The notes under the pieces are model-generated. The model worked only from the letters and a program-made list of their open reading frames with translations. It ran no database searches and was not told the origin of the DNA. Source: Pecten maximus (taxonomy: Eukaryota). From it: DNA of 64,000 nucleotides. The position numbers and the translations under genes were made by a program. This document shows, piece after piece, positions 1 through 13,735 of the stretch (its first letter is position 1; every line of letters starts with the position of its first letter). Location: assembly GCF_902652985.1 (NCBI RefSeq), contig NC_047019.1, forward strand, positions 22,816,001-22,880,000. Reading direction: 5' to 3'.

Positions 1-1266
1 GTAACGTAAAAGGTTAATTACCTTTTTGTGCTAGATAGTATTAAGGTAATTTGACAGCACATTTTTTTTTTTTTTTTTTTTGCGATGACAAAATGTATTG
101 CTAGATTATTTCTAGTGTCTGATATGCCATTAGGTAATCGATAAAATTCGTAAAAAGCAGAAATGAGAATCATGTTATATTACATTATTTTATGTGTACT
201 AGACATCAAGACATTGCTTATATTTCGTCTTTAAGCGTCGCAGATTAGGTAGCATATACATGTATAGATCTAGAATTACTTCACCTTAGATGAACTGGAC
301 ACTGGCCCTGGCCTGGTTGATATGTCCCCGAGTAACCCTCTAATGCGCGAGGTCATGTATGCTTTAGGAGTTTAAGAAAAACTCCCTAGCGTAATTCTTC
401 ATAATAAATAAACGAAATAAAAAAAACCTTATAATTGTATGTTCCGCTACTCTCCTTTATTCATAAGCCCAGGAGTCTGCACTTGCCTAGATACGATGGT
501 GGTATAAATCGAAATACCCCGTAAAGCTGCCAATGCAAGTGATTTGTGTACAATGTACCTGTATATGGACATAAATAGTCTGATTTGTAATGTTATGTAT
601 AAGTACCAAGGCCAAATGGAAGCAGGTAAATTGGCTTGTAACAGGCCGGGTGAATAGTTCAGGGACACCTATTCGACAGCCAGATAGTCCGAAAGGGGTC
701 CACATTTATGTAGGTTTCGATTATTTCGGGATCACTCCAAAAGAAAAAATCATAATAAATTATATATCCTATTTACATGTATGTTGTATTGATTTCCTAT
801 TGGTTTGACTTAACTACAATAGACTGACGTAATACTTGGTTTCTCTTTTTTGGGGGTCCCGTCAGATTAACTGAGAACTACTGTAATATAAATCAACAAT
901 TTGGGGTCGCACTGTCTACCAGTCAGAAGAAACTGGTCTGAATACCGGATACGTTGGCCTTGAAATGTTATTCGTAGGTCTGAGTTTTATTCGTTATCAC
1001 TGCGTCAGTTGGCCGCACAGCATGTGATTGCGAGAGTGGGGGGATTATGATATTTTGGATATGACTGTTTTGAAAACTATACTTTTGCCATCTTATATTT
1101 GTAATACTATGTATAACATAACGAGATTTAGAAAAAAAATCAAATTGTGTCTGAACTGGACCATTTTAACACTGATTTTCTATTTTATTATTATTATTAT
1201 TTTTTTTTTTTTTTTTTTTGCAATATTTCAATATTGCTGACTTACATTTATGTAAAAGTTAATACA

Positions 1267-1461
1267 ATCACTTTCAAAGGAGAAAAATTATATTTTGTTA
1301 ACGTTAAAACACGTGAAACATAACGCGCTATTTCGCGAAACTTTCGAGTTATATCGCTAAACTTTTGCGTTATTACGAGAAAGCTTACGCGTTATATGTG
1401 TAACGCGTTATAGTTTCGCGATATAACATGAGAAAAAATATTTTCTCCTTCAAAAATGATT
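1267..1461. mobile_element. Degenerate MITE-like inverted-repeat element
   Basis: Imperfect inverted arms atcactttcaaaggagaaaa (~1268) and ttttctccttcaaaaatgat (~1441-1460) flank short internal taacgcg/cgcgtta repeats. No clear TSD. Confidence 0.4.
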
Positions 1462-4400
1462 CCAACCTGCTTTAGTATGTTCAAGATGATTGGAAATTGG
1501 TCATAAAAAAATAGATGCAGTTTCCTAATAAGTCAAAAATTATGTTGAAAACAGTCACTGGAATATCACAGCTACCTCAATTAACCACGGGTGGAAAATG
1601 GAGGTAATATAAACATTTTATAACTGTTCACCATTGCCTGAAACAAAACCTGGCTAGTGTCATCTGAAATGTTGTAGAGAAGAAAAAAACTCCCATCCGC
1701 CGATCCCTTAACCTCCACAGTACAGACTATGTTACTTACATACAGAAGTATGTAAGGTAATCAAAGTTATATCTAAGAGCTAATATACACGAAATGGAGG
1801 GGGAGTCAAAACAAAAACAAAAATCAAAAACCAAAATCTAGATCAATCGACGCATCTTATCCTCAACTTTTATTTTTCCTGTTTTCTTAATTCATTTTTG
1901 TTCAAGCTGAATTGTTGGAACTGACATAAAGAATAATTGCACATGGAATTGAAGCACGATTTTGAATACGAATCACTTGATATATCTTATAGTTCAATTT
2001 ACGCTAAAATCCATCATAAAAGATAGGTATCAGGAACATATTCCAATATTTTGTGTACAATTGATGCAAAATATGACATACGACACGCTTAACTTGTGTA
2101 TTCAGTTGAATAGGTATTCAGTTGCCACGTTTTCAAATATAAAGAACCTATCTCCTATCCTTTCATAATGATCTATGACGTTTTGTTTTCTGGTCGGATG
2201 GAAACACTGGATTTAAGTGGGGGGGTGGGGGGGGGGGGGTGGGGGGGGGGGGGTCTAAATTCATGAACTTTATTTAAATTCTTTGATACTTTCTAATGAA
2301 AACATTTAAGCTAAAGAATTTCCGAAATTTGGCCCAGATGTATTGATTATAATATACCTCAATATGTCAAGAATCTATTTATTTCCTTATTTCTTCAAAA
2401 GAGATTTAAAATTGTCATTTCTCGTTCAATCAGATGATTAAATTATTTGTTTTGTCGTGTATAACCACCATAATTAAGATATAGATGATAACTATAATGC
2501 ATTGTGAGTTAATGTCCATTTAAATTTATATTTGAAGATTGATACTTTATATGAAGTTTGTTAGCTGTGGTTAATTACTAACTATGAGGGAACCGTTTAA
2601 GAATTTTTTAGATGAGTATTATTTTTTGCATATTATCTTACCCGATTTATTATTTGATGATGCTGTACTTTGACATACTAGTATTATAATATCAATATTT
2701 TGTGCAAGTATTTGCTTGTTATTAAATTATTCAATGATTAAACAGTGTTTTTCTATGGATATTTGAATAGAGTAACGACCCGCCTCATCAGAAATGAAAT
2801 TGTGATCAACTAGTTAACGTTGAGTAGATAAACAAAACATGCATATTAAATATCAATTTGGTTTCACTTTGCGAAAATATATGTATTGCTTTGTATTCTT
2901 GTACTTTATAGATTTGACCTCTGGTTATTGTGAAATATACATTTCGTTGACTTTCACTTTGGCCATTAAAATGGGATAAATGTAGGCTTTCTGATATAAT
3001 GCCTTTTAACCTCAAATGTCACTTGACTCATGGAAATGTTTAAGACAAAAAGTGAACTCCTACATTAGAGGGACAATTGTTTGTTGTATCTCATGCAACT
3101 AGGCGACTACTTGGGATTTCCCTGGAACTTGAGTGTTTTCGCCGAGACAAGAATTGGTACAGAATCGGGCGGTTCTCCTGTATTTTATGCTTCGCGGATT
3201 TTGAAGATATCAAAATTAATATGCATTACCAACAGTGGGGATATCTGTGTTCGTTCGTTTCCTCAAAAGTGTTTACGATTCTGGCGTTCACTTCTCATAT
3301 ACAGTATAATAATTTAAGAAGACGAACAGCTGTTTTTAGTATATCGTTTGCCATTATTGTCCGATCGGTTTATGTTTGCTTAGAAATCATGATACAAACA
3401 CTGTTCTAGTTTGTCTGTAAAAGTCCCATTTTTTTTTTCTTTCTTTAAGGAGAAGACATGCAAGGACACCTCATCAGGTCACCCGAACTACACATATCAA
3501 CTGTAGCAATATTGCTGTTTAATACGAGCAATGTAAAGGCATTACTCCGTAAATCATCATAATAATGATAATAGACTTTATTTATTATTAATGACATATT
3601 GACTCCTCCTACATATGGTCATGATATGGTTCGATCCATCAAAGGTCGTATCAGGTAATATACTAAACTTAAGTCCGCTAAATTATGAACTCAGAAATGT
3701 ATTTTTGATAAACATTTTTATTAAAAAAGTAATATGGTAAACAAAAACTAAAATTTCAATTTCGGAAAGACTATATTATTTTCGGTGTTAAGATGTTTCT
3801 TGTAAACTGTTATAAGTTAAACGTGTTACATTGGCATCATAAATATGAGACTGATAACATACGTTATCGGCATGCATTGTGTAACAAACGAAAAATGACA
3901 ATAAGTTATTTTAATGCAATTTATTAACAACAAGTATCTGTTAAAAACAACAGAATATAACAATGTACAAAATACAGCGCCTGTCTTGCCCATGACAGGT
4001 ATTGATTAGTTGTGTATGGCTTGACGTCCTCATAACAGCCAAGGTCGGGACGAACCCAGAGAACTAGATGATACTATCACACAGTATACGGTCTTTATTA
4101 ATTCAATTTTCAATTTAATTCTTGTATCACAAATTCACAACTAGAGTATTAACATATAAAATTATCAATCTAAACCTTTGATTTAGAGAGTAACACATAA
4201 ATACAACATGCTGCCTCTCGATATCCTTTTTTTCTGGTTATGTATCTTAAATCAATACACATCCTCTCTAACATACACGTCACACATAGAGACACATTTC
4301 CTAACTTACATTCATAATCACTCGTTTCGATGATGTCCATTTGATACAATCCATATTCACAATCCTATCTCATGTTTGAATGGGCAACTATACGTGCTAC

Positions 4401-4737
4401 TGTCTGCCATCATCACGTGTCCATGGATAGGTAGCATCGGTCCCAAGCAGTAGTTTTGTCGTATAAGTACGCGCATTGTAACAAGTCTGCTAGATAGTCT
4501 GCTAGAAACATAAGATGATTGAATTTGTATCACAGTTCGTATGCAGTTTCGCAGTATCGTGACCGGCTTGCAATCTGTTGATGCAACGTCATCCATTATT
4601 AGCAGATCGCAATTACAACATGACATTCCATCTTGGAATGACATATATACATATCGTATCATCACATAGATCATCAAAACAGTTAGTCATCTGTTTAATG
4701 CTGCCAGTGGTTTTCTAAGATTCGAGTGTTGGTTGCG

Positions 4738-5347
4738 TCAACCCTGATAGATGCGAGCTCTTGTTGGTTTCGTATCCAGTGTGGTTACGTGCTCAATGTT
4801 CCAGAATTGGTAACGTTTTATCATCGAGGAAGCTGCAATTACAAAAACCAATGATGGAATCAATCTCTATTAAAAAAATCCCTGGAGGAAAAACTCGGTA
4901 ATGTATATATCAACGTCTATTTACAGACTGGTTTTAAAAGGTATGACATATAAGAACCGAAACTCCGAAAATGTCACTTTATACCTTACAATAATACATC
5001 ACGTGAAATAATATGTACGTAAATAATTGTTTAACAATGGTCATACTGTAAAACAAAAATATTCTAAACAAGGTGATTTGATAAACAGCCTAAGTTTTTT
5101 AACAACTGTCCTGCCACATGTATCTTATTATAAAACGGCAAACCATTCTCGAATCATAAACAATGTGATAAACAATTGGAAGCCTACCTGATGACATTAA
5201 AGATGTTGATGCCTTGCTGATGAAGGCCGCCATCAGAAACATGGATATGGCATAGATAAAACACATCAACGTTAGAACTACAGCCTTTATTTCTAATCCT
5301 GATCTTGGTTCTATCCTGTTAAATCTTCTTGATGCAGGAGACTCCAT
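4738..5347 (-). CDS. Small single-hydrophobic-segment protein, paralog A (84 aa; coding exons 5347-5188 and 4832-4738)
   Basis: ATG at 5347, phase-1 GT donor at 5187, ttgcag acceptor at 4833 and TGA at 4738-4740. Product: MESPASRRFNRIEPRSGLEIKAVVLTLMCFIYAISMFLMAAFISKASTSLMSSASSMIKRYQFWNIEHVTTLDTKPTRARIYQG. It is colinear with paralog B, with the same intron position and phase. A probable non-coding exon 1 has its donor at 5523, and a poly(A) signal lies at ~3920-3925. Confidence 0.8.
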
Positions 5348-5586
5348 TTTAGAAGTTGGTGTCTATATTTCGACAAATCGTGATCTGTAAAATATAAATA
5401 TTGTATAAAAATGGGTAAATATGCGTATAAGTTTTATCACTGAATATATTTATATCATAACCATGTTGATTTTACCAATACTAATCTGTATAGACTCGAT
5501 AGGTTTCGAAAGTGAATACCTACCCACACAGTTGACCGGTGAATGGAACTGACTGCAGACCAGGCATGTGTAGGTAATATAACACC

Positions 5587-5680
5587 TTTATACAGTGACG
5601 TCACTAGCACTAGCTGCGATCTTCAGTTAGGTATACTAAAATCTGCTGATAATTTCCGGTTTAAGTTCAAGTTCAAGGTA
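5587..5680 (-). promoter_or_regulatory. Putative promoter of paralog A: TATA, CRE and AGTTCA repeats
   Basis: TATAAA on the minus strand at 5587-5592, palindromic TGACGTCA at 5596-5603 and aagttcaagttcaaggta at 5663-5680. The same motifs occur in the same order upstream of paralog B. Confidence 0.6.
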
Positions 5681-6450
5681 TCAGACCATGCATATCATGC
5701 GTGTAAATACACGATGACATGCGTCCCATGTAGAAAGGTATAGAGTGATTATGAACAGCTGTACATTCAGAAGTCATTAATTTTATTATAATCTTTACAA
5801 ACAGGAAACTTTCAAGTACATGTATTGTTAACGCCGCCACTCTAATGCACACACACTGACTTTGTTGATAGAAATATCAGTTTTGGCTAACAATACATAA
5901 TCTCTCGCAACTCAGACTTGTCACTCTACAACACTATGTCATTTTTTTCATTTATTTATTTTTTTTTTAATGTTTTTCGGATAACTAGTATTTTTAAACT
6001 TCGATGTTTATTTGTAAAAATGTATCTTTATTTTTCCTTTTTCCTGATAATTTCTGGGTTAAGTTCAAGTTCAATGTATCAGACCAGGCATGTCATGCGT
6101 GTAAATACACGATGACATGCGTCCCATGTAGAAAGGTATAGAGTGATTATGAACAGCTGTACATTCATAAGTCATTAATTTTATTATAATCTTTACAAAC
6201 AGGAAACTTTAAATTACATGTACTGTATTGTTAACGCCGCCACTCTAATGCACACACAGTGACTTTGTTGATATAATTATTAGTTTTGGCTAACAATACA
6301 TAATCTATCGCAACTCAGACTTGTCACTCTACAACACTATGTCATTTTTTTTCATTTTTTTTTTTTTTTTTTATGTTTTTCGGATAACTAGTATTTTTAA
6401 ACTTCGATGTTTATTTGTAAAAATGTATCTATATCTTTCTTTTTTCCTGA
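5646..6450. repeat. Tandem duplication of ~400 bp upstream of paralog A
   Basis: 5646-6043 and 6044-6450 are near-identical. This explains the twin spurious ORFs at 5918 and 6321. Confidence 0.9.
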
Positions 6451-7920
6451 AAGTCTCATCTTGTCTCAGTGATGCCCATCGCATGTCTAGTATTTCGACG
6501 GTGTTTTTTTTTTTCATTTTTGTTTTTTTGTTTATTGTTTTTTGTGTTTGGTAATGTCTTTCAAAGTGAATATTAGTTTTATGACCTTTGACTAGTTAGA
6601 AATGTAGTGGTTAAACGTAGAGAGATTTCTGATTCCACAGTCGTCATACTTCTCTTCGCTAATCTTGCTGCTGACAAACTATGCAAAATTTTGAGAACCA
6701 AACCTGGACAATTGATATACAAATGTAATTCATTTTCTGAGGAATACTGTCGATACATTTGTAGCCGTTTTTCTTGAATGAACACCTGAAGGACCAAGAG
6801 GAATCTAGAAAAGGAGTTCGAGAAATATTCCCTTTTAACACTTTCTGAGAAATGCAGAAAAAATATGTTTTATTCCAAAACTGGTAACCATATCGTTATT
6901 GCGGTCAGTTCAAAACTTGATATTGTTTAGCTGGACTTCTATTACTTATTTTTGTAATTTTGACAACACGCTTAATCTTCGATTCCAAATTGGCAGGCCA
7001 GAGAACCATATATTTCGTTGGTGCGCAAGTCAATCACCATGTGCTGATGAGATTTCCAGCATTATCCGTGAAATAATGACAAGCTTCGATCGTCAAATTA
7101 CAAATTGGTGGCCTGAGTCATATATTGCGTTAGTCCGAAAATTAGATATGCAAAACTGAAAGCAATCTTACATGGGAACTAGTGATAACAATAATTATTT
7201 GAAGACAGAGGATGGATTGACCACGGACGAAAGGCGATGACCATGATAGAAACGTCAGAAGACAGAATAGATCCCCTCACAAACCACCATCCGGGTGAAT
7301 AAATGTGATTGATATAAGTTGATAGATCTAAGTTCGCAAATGATGTAAATTAATTCAAATTAAAAAAAATGACAAAAAAAAAAAAAAAAAAAAAGGGAAA
7401 TGAAAGTCAAACAGTACACTGTCACAATATTCTTTTCTCAGTCTGGTCACTTAGGAAGGTAAACTACAAAAAACACGTCGTAATAAGAGAATCTGAGACG
7501 ATGATTTCAACCAGAGTATTATCGCATTTACAGAACATATGTGTGGGTTGCGTTCATGATTTATTCTGTCAAAATATTTTTGCTGCGTATAGGAGACGAA
7601 AGTTATTTCAAGTTTGGATTTATTCCCACAATTCCTCGTTAGACTTCCCTGTTTGTGTGCTTTGAATGGACAGTGGTTTCATGGACAAAAGACTGCATGC
7701 CTCTAGTGGATTTTGGCTGTTGTCCTGGATACAGGGTACATTGTGTATGCGTTTTCAAAACAGACAATAAATTAGTTTTATGTAATTTATTAACAACAGT
7801 TCTCTGTGAAAAACAACAGAATTCAACAATGTACAAAATTAAACTTCCGTCTTCTGACTTCTCACTTCCGTACAGCTTTTGACTCTTCCCATCAATACAC
7901 AACCTTAACTCTTCACATCC

Positions 7921-8051
7921 ATACACAACTCGTCACAACCTTACACAACTCGTCACAACCTTACACAACTCGTCACAACCCTACACAACTCGTCACAACC
8001 TTACACAACTCGTCACAACCTTACACAACTCGTCACAACCTTACACAACTC
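7921..8051. repeat. 20-bp tandem repeat (acacaactcgtcacaacctt) x~6.5
   Basis: Visible periodicity. It lies in the inferred 3'UTR of paralog B. Confidence 0.95.
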
Positions 8052-8826
8052 TTCAAATCATACACAGTTCTTCACATCCATACACAATATACATGTAAAC
8101 CTGAATCACCAGATAGTTTGTTCTTCATTTGACACAAATGATAAGGGTGTGGGGTTACATAACAAACGATAATGTATGTTTAAATCTATATCCGTCTCCA
8201 TATATCTTGGTTTAATTAATGAAAGCACGTTCTATGTAAACAATATAATTCACAATTTTAAATGGCTGGTGAATCATTATTGATTTTGCATTATCTTACA
8301 CTCTCACATTCACAACCAAAATTAAAATTCCAGAGTATCGAATAATGAGCCTTATGAATTAAATTTTAAAATCAGGAGAGATCAAAACATATACAGTCTC
8401 TCAAGATGTCAAGGTTTTACACTCGCTGTCACTCGTTCAAAATGTAATTCATGGTACCAAATGACACATTCCATATTCAGGATCCAATCACTCTTTATTT
8501 GGCAGTTCAATTCAGGCAGAACTCACATTAAAAATGTCAACAAATACTTTTAAAAAGTTCGAAGTCCATGGTTGGACGCGGTATCCAAATTCTGCGATAA
8601 TCATATCGAATACATTGGCGCAACGTTCACCGTTTTAATTGTCACTGTCCAGTTCTACATCTGACCGATGGATCACTGTGAATCAGCTGTCCATTGGTTA
8701 AACACGGTCACTTATGCACACCTTTGCAGAGTACGTATCGTCGTAGAAATCAGCGAACAGTTAGTCATCTGTGTGATGAAATCAGTGTGGGTTTTTGAGA
8801 TTCTCGAGTTGTTGTATCAGCGATGT

Positions 8827-9452
8827 TCAGCCCTGATAGATGTGTTTCGTCGTGCGAGCTCTGGGTGGTTTCGTACCTATGTTGGACTGGTGCTCGATGC
8901 TCCAGAATTGGTAACTCTTCAATGTCGAGGACACTGTAAGTACAAAAGAACATGATGGAGTTATTCTTAGGATCATTATGAATATAGCTGTCTATTTTTT
9001 TAATCGTTTTTTTTTTCGGACCTAATGTATATCAGCAACCATGGAGGCTTGACCCATAACGAAAAATCAACCCCGGGGTCTGATCTAGGGATCGGCCCCT
9101 GGGTTAACATATTATTCTGGGTCATAGCATCGTGTCAAGCCACTGTGTATGCAACCTGGAATTTCGTATGAATTCTTTTATAATTAGAGAGGCTAATTGT
9201 TTAAGTACTTATCGAGTTATCTGTTATTGCAGAAAATGTTTTGCAGACAAAATATTAATTTTGCATGTATAGTTATTTAGTTGTAGACCTACCTGATGAC
9301 ATTGCCGAGGCTGTTGCCTTGCTGACAAACGCCGCTGTCAGAAAAATGACGATGGCGTAAACGAAACACGCTGACGTCAGAAAAATGGTCTTGAGTTCGA
9401 ACCCCATCTTGGGCTCAATTCTTTCAAGTCGTCTGTCTACTGAGGAGTCCAT
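8827..9452 (-). CDS. Small single-hydrophobic-segment protein, paralog B (88 aa; coding exons 9452-9293 and 8933-8827)
   Basis: ATG at 9452, 160-nt first coding exon as in paralog A, GT donor at 9292, ttacag acceptor at 8934 and TGA at 8827-8829. Product: MDSSVDRRLERIEPKMGFELKTIFLTSACFVYAIVIFLTAAFVSKATASAMSSVSSTLKSYQFWSIEHQSNIGTKPPRARTTKHIYQG. Confidence 0.8.
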
Positions 9453-9658
9453 TGTTTAATCCGCGTAGTGGATAGTGTATGATGTGAAACAATCTGAAAA
9501 ATACAAGAAAAAGATGTTAAGTATTTATATAAAGATATATGTTAAGTCCTAATATCTTGATTTGATTCCAATATATAAAAGGGATATAGTAATATGTAGA
9601 CAAGTACACCTACCTACAGTGGTGACAGTAATGACTATACAGCTGGGGCAGGTACGAG

Positions 9659-9740
9659 TATATATATATATCATGTAGACAGTGACGTCACCATAGCCAG
9701 GTACAAACTTCAGGTATATCAGGATTTCAAGTTCAAGGTA
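9659..9740 (-). promoter_or_regulatory. Putative promoter of paralog B: TA-rich box, CRE and AGTTCA motif
   Basis: (TA)n at 9659-9670, acagTGACGTCAc with the CRE at 9683-9690, and tcaagttcaaggta at 9727-9740. Confidence 0.55.
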
Positions 9741-9892
9741 CACACGAATTGTGTCACGTGTACTACAGTGTATACTAATTAGGAAATAAAGCTCCCCTCA
9801 GCACAGGTGATACAAATACAAAGTATATTCCGTCCTTAATACTAATTATATACTGATATAGCTTTGTCGGAAAGGTAACACCTTAATGTTTT

Positions 9893-10998
9893 ATGAATAT
9901 TTCAGAATGTGTGAAAAAATGTACGTATCTTGGTATAGTATTTTCAAAGACATCTTCATTTAATGATGCCAAGAGTCAGAATATTAAAAAAGCCTCGATG
10001 TATGATGTTTTGAAAAAAGGAAGAAAGTTGAATTTATCGACCAGGTGTATTTTTGAATTATTTGAAAAAATAGTGAAACCAATATTGTTATACGGTTGTG
10101 AGATATGGGGTTTTACAAATATACAATCAATTGAGCGTTTTTATTTAAAATTTTGTAAATTACTATTAGGTTTGAAAAAAGTACAGCAAGTTACATGGTA
10201 TATGGCGAACTGGGTACAAACCCGCTTGTAATTGACATAAAAATAAAGATGATTAATTATTGGTCAAATATGATTATATCAAAAGAAAGTAAATTGAATG
10301 TTGCAATGTATGATATGTTATATCATGTATTTATTAATGAAAATAGAGTTGTTCCATACTTAAGTTTTATACAAAATATTTTAAATGATTGTGGTCTGAT
10401 GTATATATGGAATTCTCAATTCCATAATAATTTGAACCCACAATTGGTTAAAGCTCAAGTTAAGCAGATATTGTGTGATCAATTTTTACAAAAATAGAAT
10501 AATGACATTTTTAATTCATCGATGTCAGTCTGTTATAGAATGTATAAAATAGAGTGTAATTTTGAAAAATATTTTGATATATTAAGTGACAACGACAGAA
10601 TTTTGATGTGTAGATTTAGAACAAGTAATCATAAATTCATTGTGGAAACTGGTAGATGGAATAATGTAAATTATCAAAATAGAATTTGTCCTTATTGTGA
10701 TGCCAATAACATCGGTGATGAATTTCATTATCTATTAAAATGCCCATTTTTGACTTTGGAAAGAAAATTATATATTAATAAATACTATTATACGATACCA
10801 AATATTATATAATTTCCACAGCTAATGAACTCTACAAATATCAAAACATTAAGAAATTTATGTAAATTTATCAAAGTTCTGTTTAAAAAACTTATATAAT
10901 TTGTCCTCCTTATATATTGTAGTTGTTGAATGTTGTAAATATGTTTCTCTATACATTGAACTTTTGTAAAGAGATTGAATAGAAAGTTGAAGTTGAAG
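9893..10998 (+). mobile_element. 5'-truncated, frameshifted non-LTR retrotransposon (LINE, CR1-group-like) 3' fragment
   Basis: Three broken ORFs carry motifs typical of the LINE ORF2 C-terminus: YLG, KPILLYGCEIWG, MVYGELG, FRTSNHK..ETGRW..RICPYC..GDEFHYLLKC. The fragment ends in an (aagttg)n tail. The clade assignment is tentative. Confidence 0.85.
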
Positions 10999-13735
10999 AC
11001 GGACTTTGACGAAGTTAATATAAAATTTGAATACAGTAATAATTATAATCTTTTCGAGCGAAGTTAGATTGTAATCCTTTCAATGGGAGTGGACCAGATA
11101 TATTCAGTACACTAGTACTGCAGTAAGAATTTTCGAATACGGTACCTGACTATATGCACATCCACCTGCAGAATATACACACGTGAACGAAACGTGACCT
11201 TAAATTATCCGATTCTGTAGTCCGTAGCCTTGTCTTGTCATATTAATATCAGGCGTGCTTTAATTACTAGGTCTAAACCTTGAATGAATTTGCTTGTTTT
11301 CTTTTACGTTATACATACATGTTCAGAGAGTTATTTATAATCCATATTCAGATTCAATAAAATCTCAATCCTATGATAATATAAATGTACAAAGCGTTCG
11401 ATAAGCTTTGGTTAAGCTAACGGAGCTTTAGATAATGGTGTCAAATATACCTATAGGCTATATACAGAAAAAGTCAAGGTCAGCTACAGGTAATAATAGC
11501 ACGTGATTATCAGCTTCGGGATACCCCGTCTAGCCATTGTTTGTACAACTCACAGGTGTTTTGGCAACTGCGTTATCACGGTTTATACATGTATATCATT
11601 ATAACCGGATATATACTAGTTAGGCGCTGTAGATTATTATAGTCTATATAACACACAATCATATGCTTCAAACATGGATAAATCTTAACATTTTCCAATA
11701 ATTATGATCTGCACAATGTCGGGGGTTATAATGAGAATAAGCCACTGACAATATATATTAAAATAACACAGACCTTTGGATAACATACATAATGTACCAA
11801 ATGTGTAAAATATAAGAAACATTAATGACTACGTATTTTGACGACATCGTTGTCGCTGACGATGTACGACAGAAAGAATTAGCTTGCCTAAGGGTAGTCA
11901 TTGCGTATTCCAGAGATCTGTCATTGGTTAAATATGTAAAAATATGACTAGATGCCTTTAGAAACACAAGAATGTACTATAAAGTACACTGTTAATTGCA
12001 TATTCGTGCATGATAAATAAAAGCAGAGACACATATAGACATGTAAAATTCATTGATTACCTTCGCTTCAAATACTTAGTCAACTTATTATTAAAATTAA
12101 TCGCCGAAAACACAACAATTTCTCGATACACGCGTTAGTTTACAGGCATGGTGATGAAATCAGCTGCCTGGCTGATGAAATCCTGTCTATATGTTAGCTA
12201 GAATGATTTCAGATAATTATACACAAACAATTGCCAACCATACAAAAATCAATTTAAACTGCATATATTTGTGTGTAATTCACATTACAACTAGTTCCAC
12301 TTTAAAATGCCAGACTTACCAGTACGTATATGCTGTCGATCCTGAGTCAATGTTCATTTACTTGTGAATCTGAATCCCCTGTTGTTTACAATGTGTACAC
12401 GCACGTTCTGAAATGTACATGATGTGATCATGTGTTCGCCATGTGCCTTTGTGTACATATATATATCACGTAACCTTTGACCCTGTTCCGGTAGGCTGGA
12501 CAACTCAAGCCAAATACAAGGTGACCACGCAGGGAACGCATGACCAAACTTTACCATGTACATGTATACATGCAGCTAGGTGCCCGCCAGTTGTCGGCGT
12601 GTTAGCACCACTTACGTAATTTACTAAAGGCTAAAACTGGCATGATTATCTTAATCTTTCCCTGGGTCGGAATTACACCTACAGCTTATTATAAATTCAT
12701 GTTAAGGAAAAACAGATATATAAGTAAACCTCATTGATATCCTATTGATCCTATTCAGGTCCTTAATTTGCAGTAGATAGCTATATGCAAAACTTATTTA
12801 CAAAAGTTAAATTGATATTAGAATGACTTCTTCGAGATATGCAAATTTTTATATACGTCCCTGGTAAAACTTCTCTATGAAAATATTAAGACTGTTCACA
12901 GGTTGTGCTTTCTTTTCTTTTTTCTTTTGTTGTTTTAACGTTACAATTGTGTGACACGATACAGGGGTTCCAAAATACATGTTAACTTTCCCGACTTTTT
13001 GACATTATAAACAATATATATATTACGTAAATGCCACATGGATTACATGACAGAGGGGAAGGAGAGAGCCAATTACCAGATTTTGATGATGTCATTGATC
13101 AGAAGCAATTATGACGTCATCATTTTTTGTGCTCGGTAATGGTAATGTTTTCATGTTTTATTACATTGAACTGTTTACGAAAATGTTTAGTGAGCTAATT
13201 GCTTGATCGCATTTTTTTATGCAAAAAATAATTAGGAATGGTTTTGTCACCCAGACCCCCCCCCCGAGAAATTTTGACAACCTAGTCGACCCGGACAATG
13301 TTTTTGTGACCGTACGGCCGAAAGTATTAAAAGAATTGAATTGAACCTATAGTCGCGAGTGGAGGTTATAACCAAATCGAGAGTTTAGACCGGCAACAAA
13401 ACAAAACAAATATCCTTATATGTATGGCACTACAGTACGTATTGATTAGAACAATAACATTTTATATACCATGATATATACATGTATTACTGTCTCCCAA
13501 CAACAGACATTGTATTAATGATCTACCATCCAGGGAGTGATTAATAGATTAACATATTAGGTATAAAACAAACACGAAGTTGTAAAAACGATTTGAACAT
13601 ATTGTATATGAAATAGAAAAAGAATCAATAAAAATAGAATTGTTTTGTTAATCGATAATATGCAAAATATCAAGAAGAAACACAGATTGGATTTCTCCCA
13701 TTCACAGATTTGTCTCCCGTTTTAACTGTCCAAGA

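Noticed and set aside
2219-2253. Poly-G/C tracts (also ~25170, 36531, 54421, 62530) and a (CT)n at ~51031 as functional elements
   Set aside because: These are simple-sequence tracts common in such assemblies, with no evidence of function.
4357-4740. Selenocysteine or readthrough extension of paralog A (its TGA is in frame with further TGAs and the 106-aa ORF 4357-4677)
   Set aside because: Paralog B does not keep the frame after its TGA and no SECIS was identified. It is treated as 3'UTR.
8668-8955. ORFs 8668-8955 (+) and 8765-8953 (-)
   Set aside because: They are the wrong strand or frame of the paralog B last exon. The equivalent frame in paralog A contains stops.
12320-12470. Possible minus-strand first exon (MNIDSGSTAYTYW then GTAAGT) with upstream TATA
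   Set aside because: No downstream exon or homology could be identified, so the evidence is insufficient.
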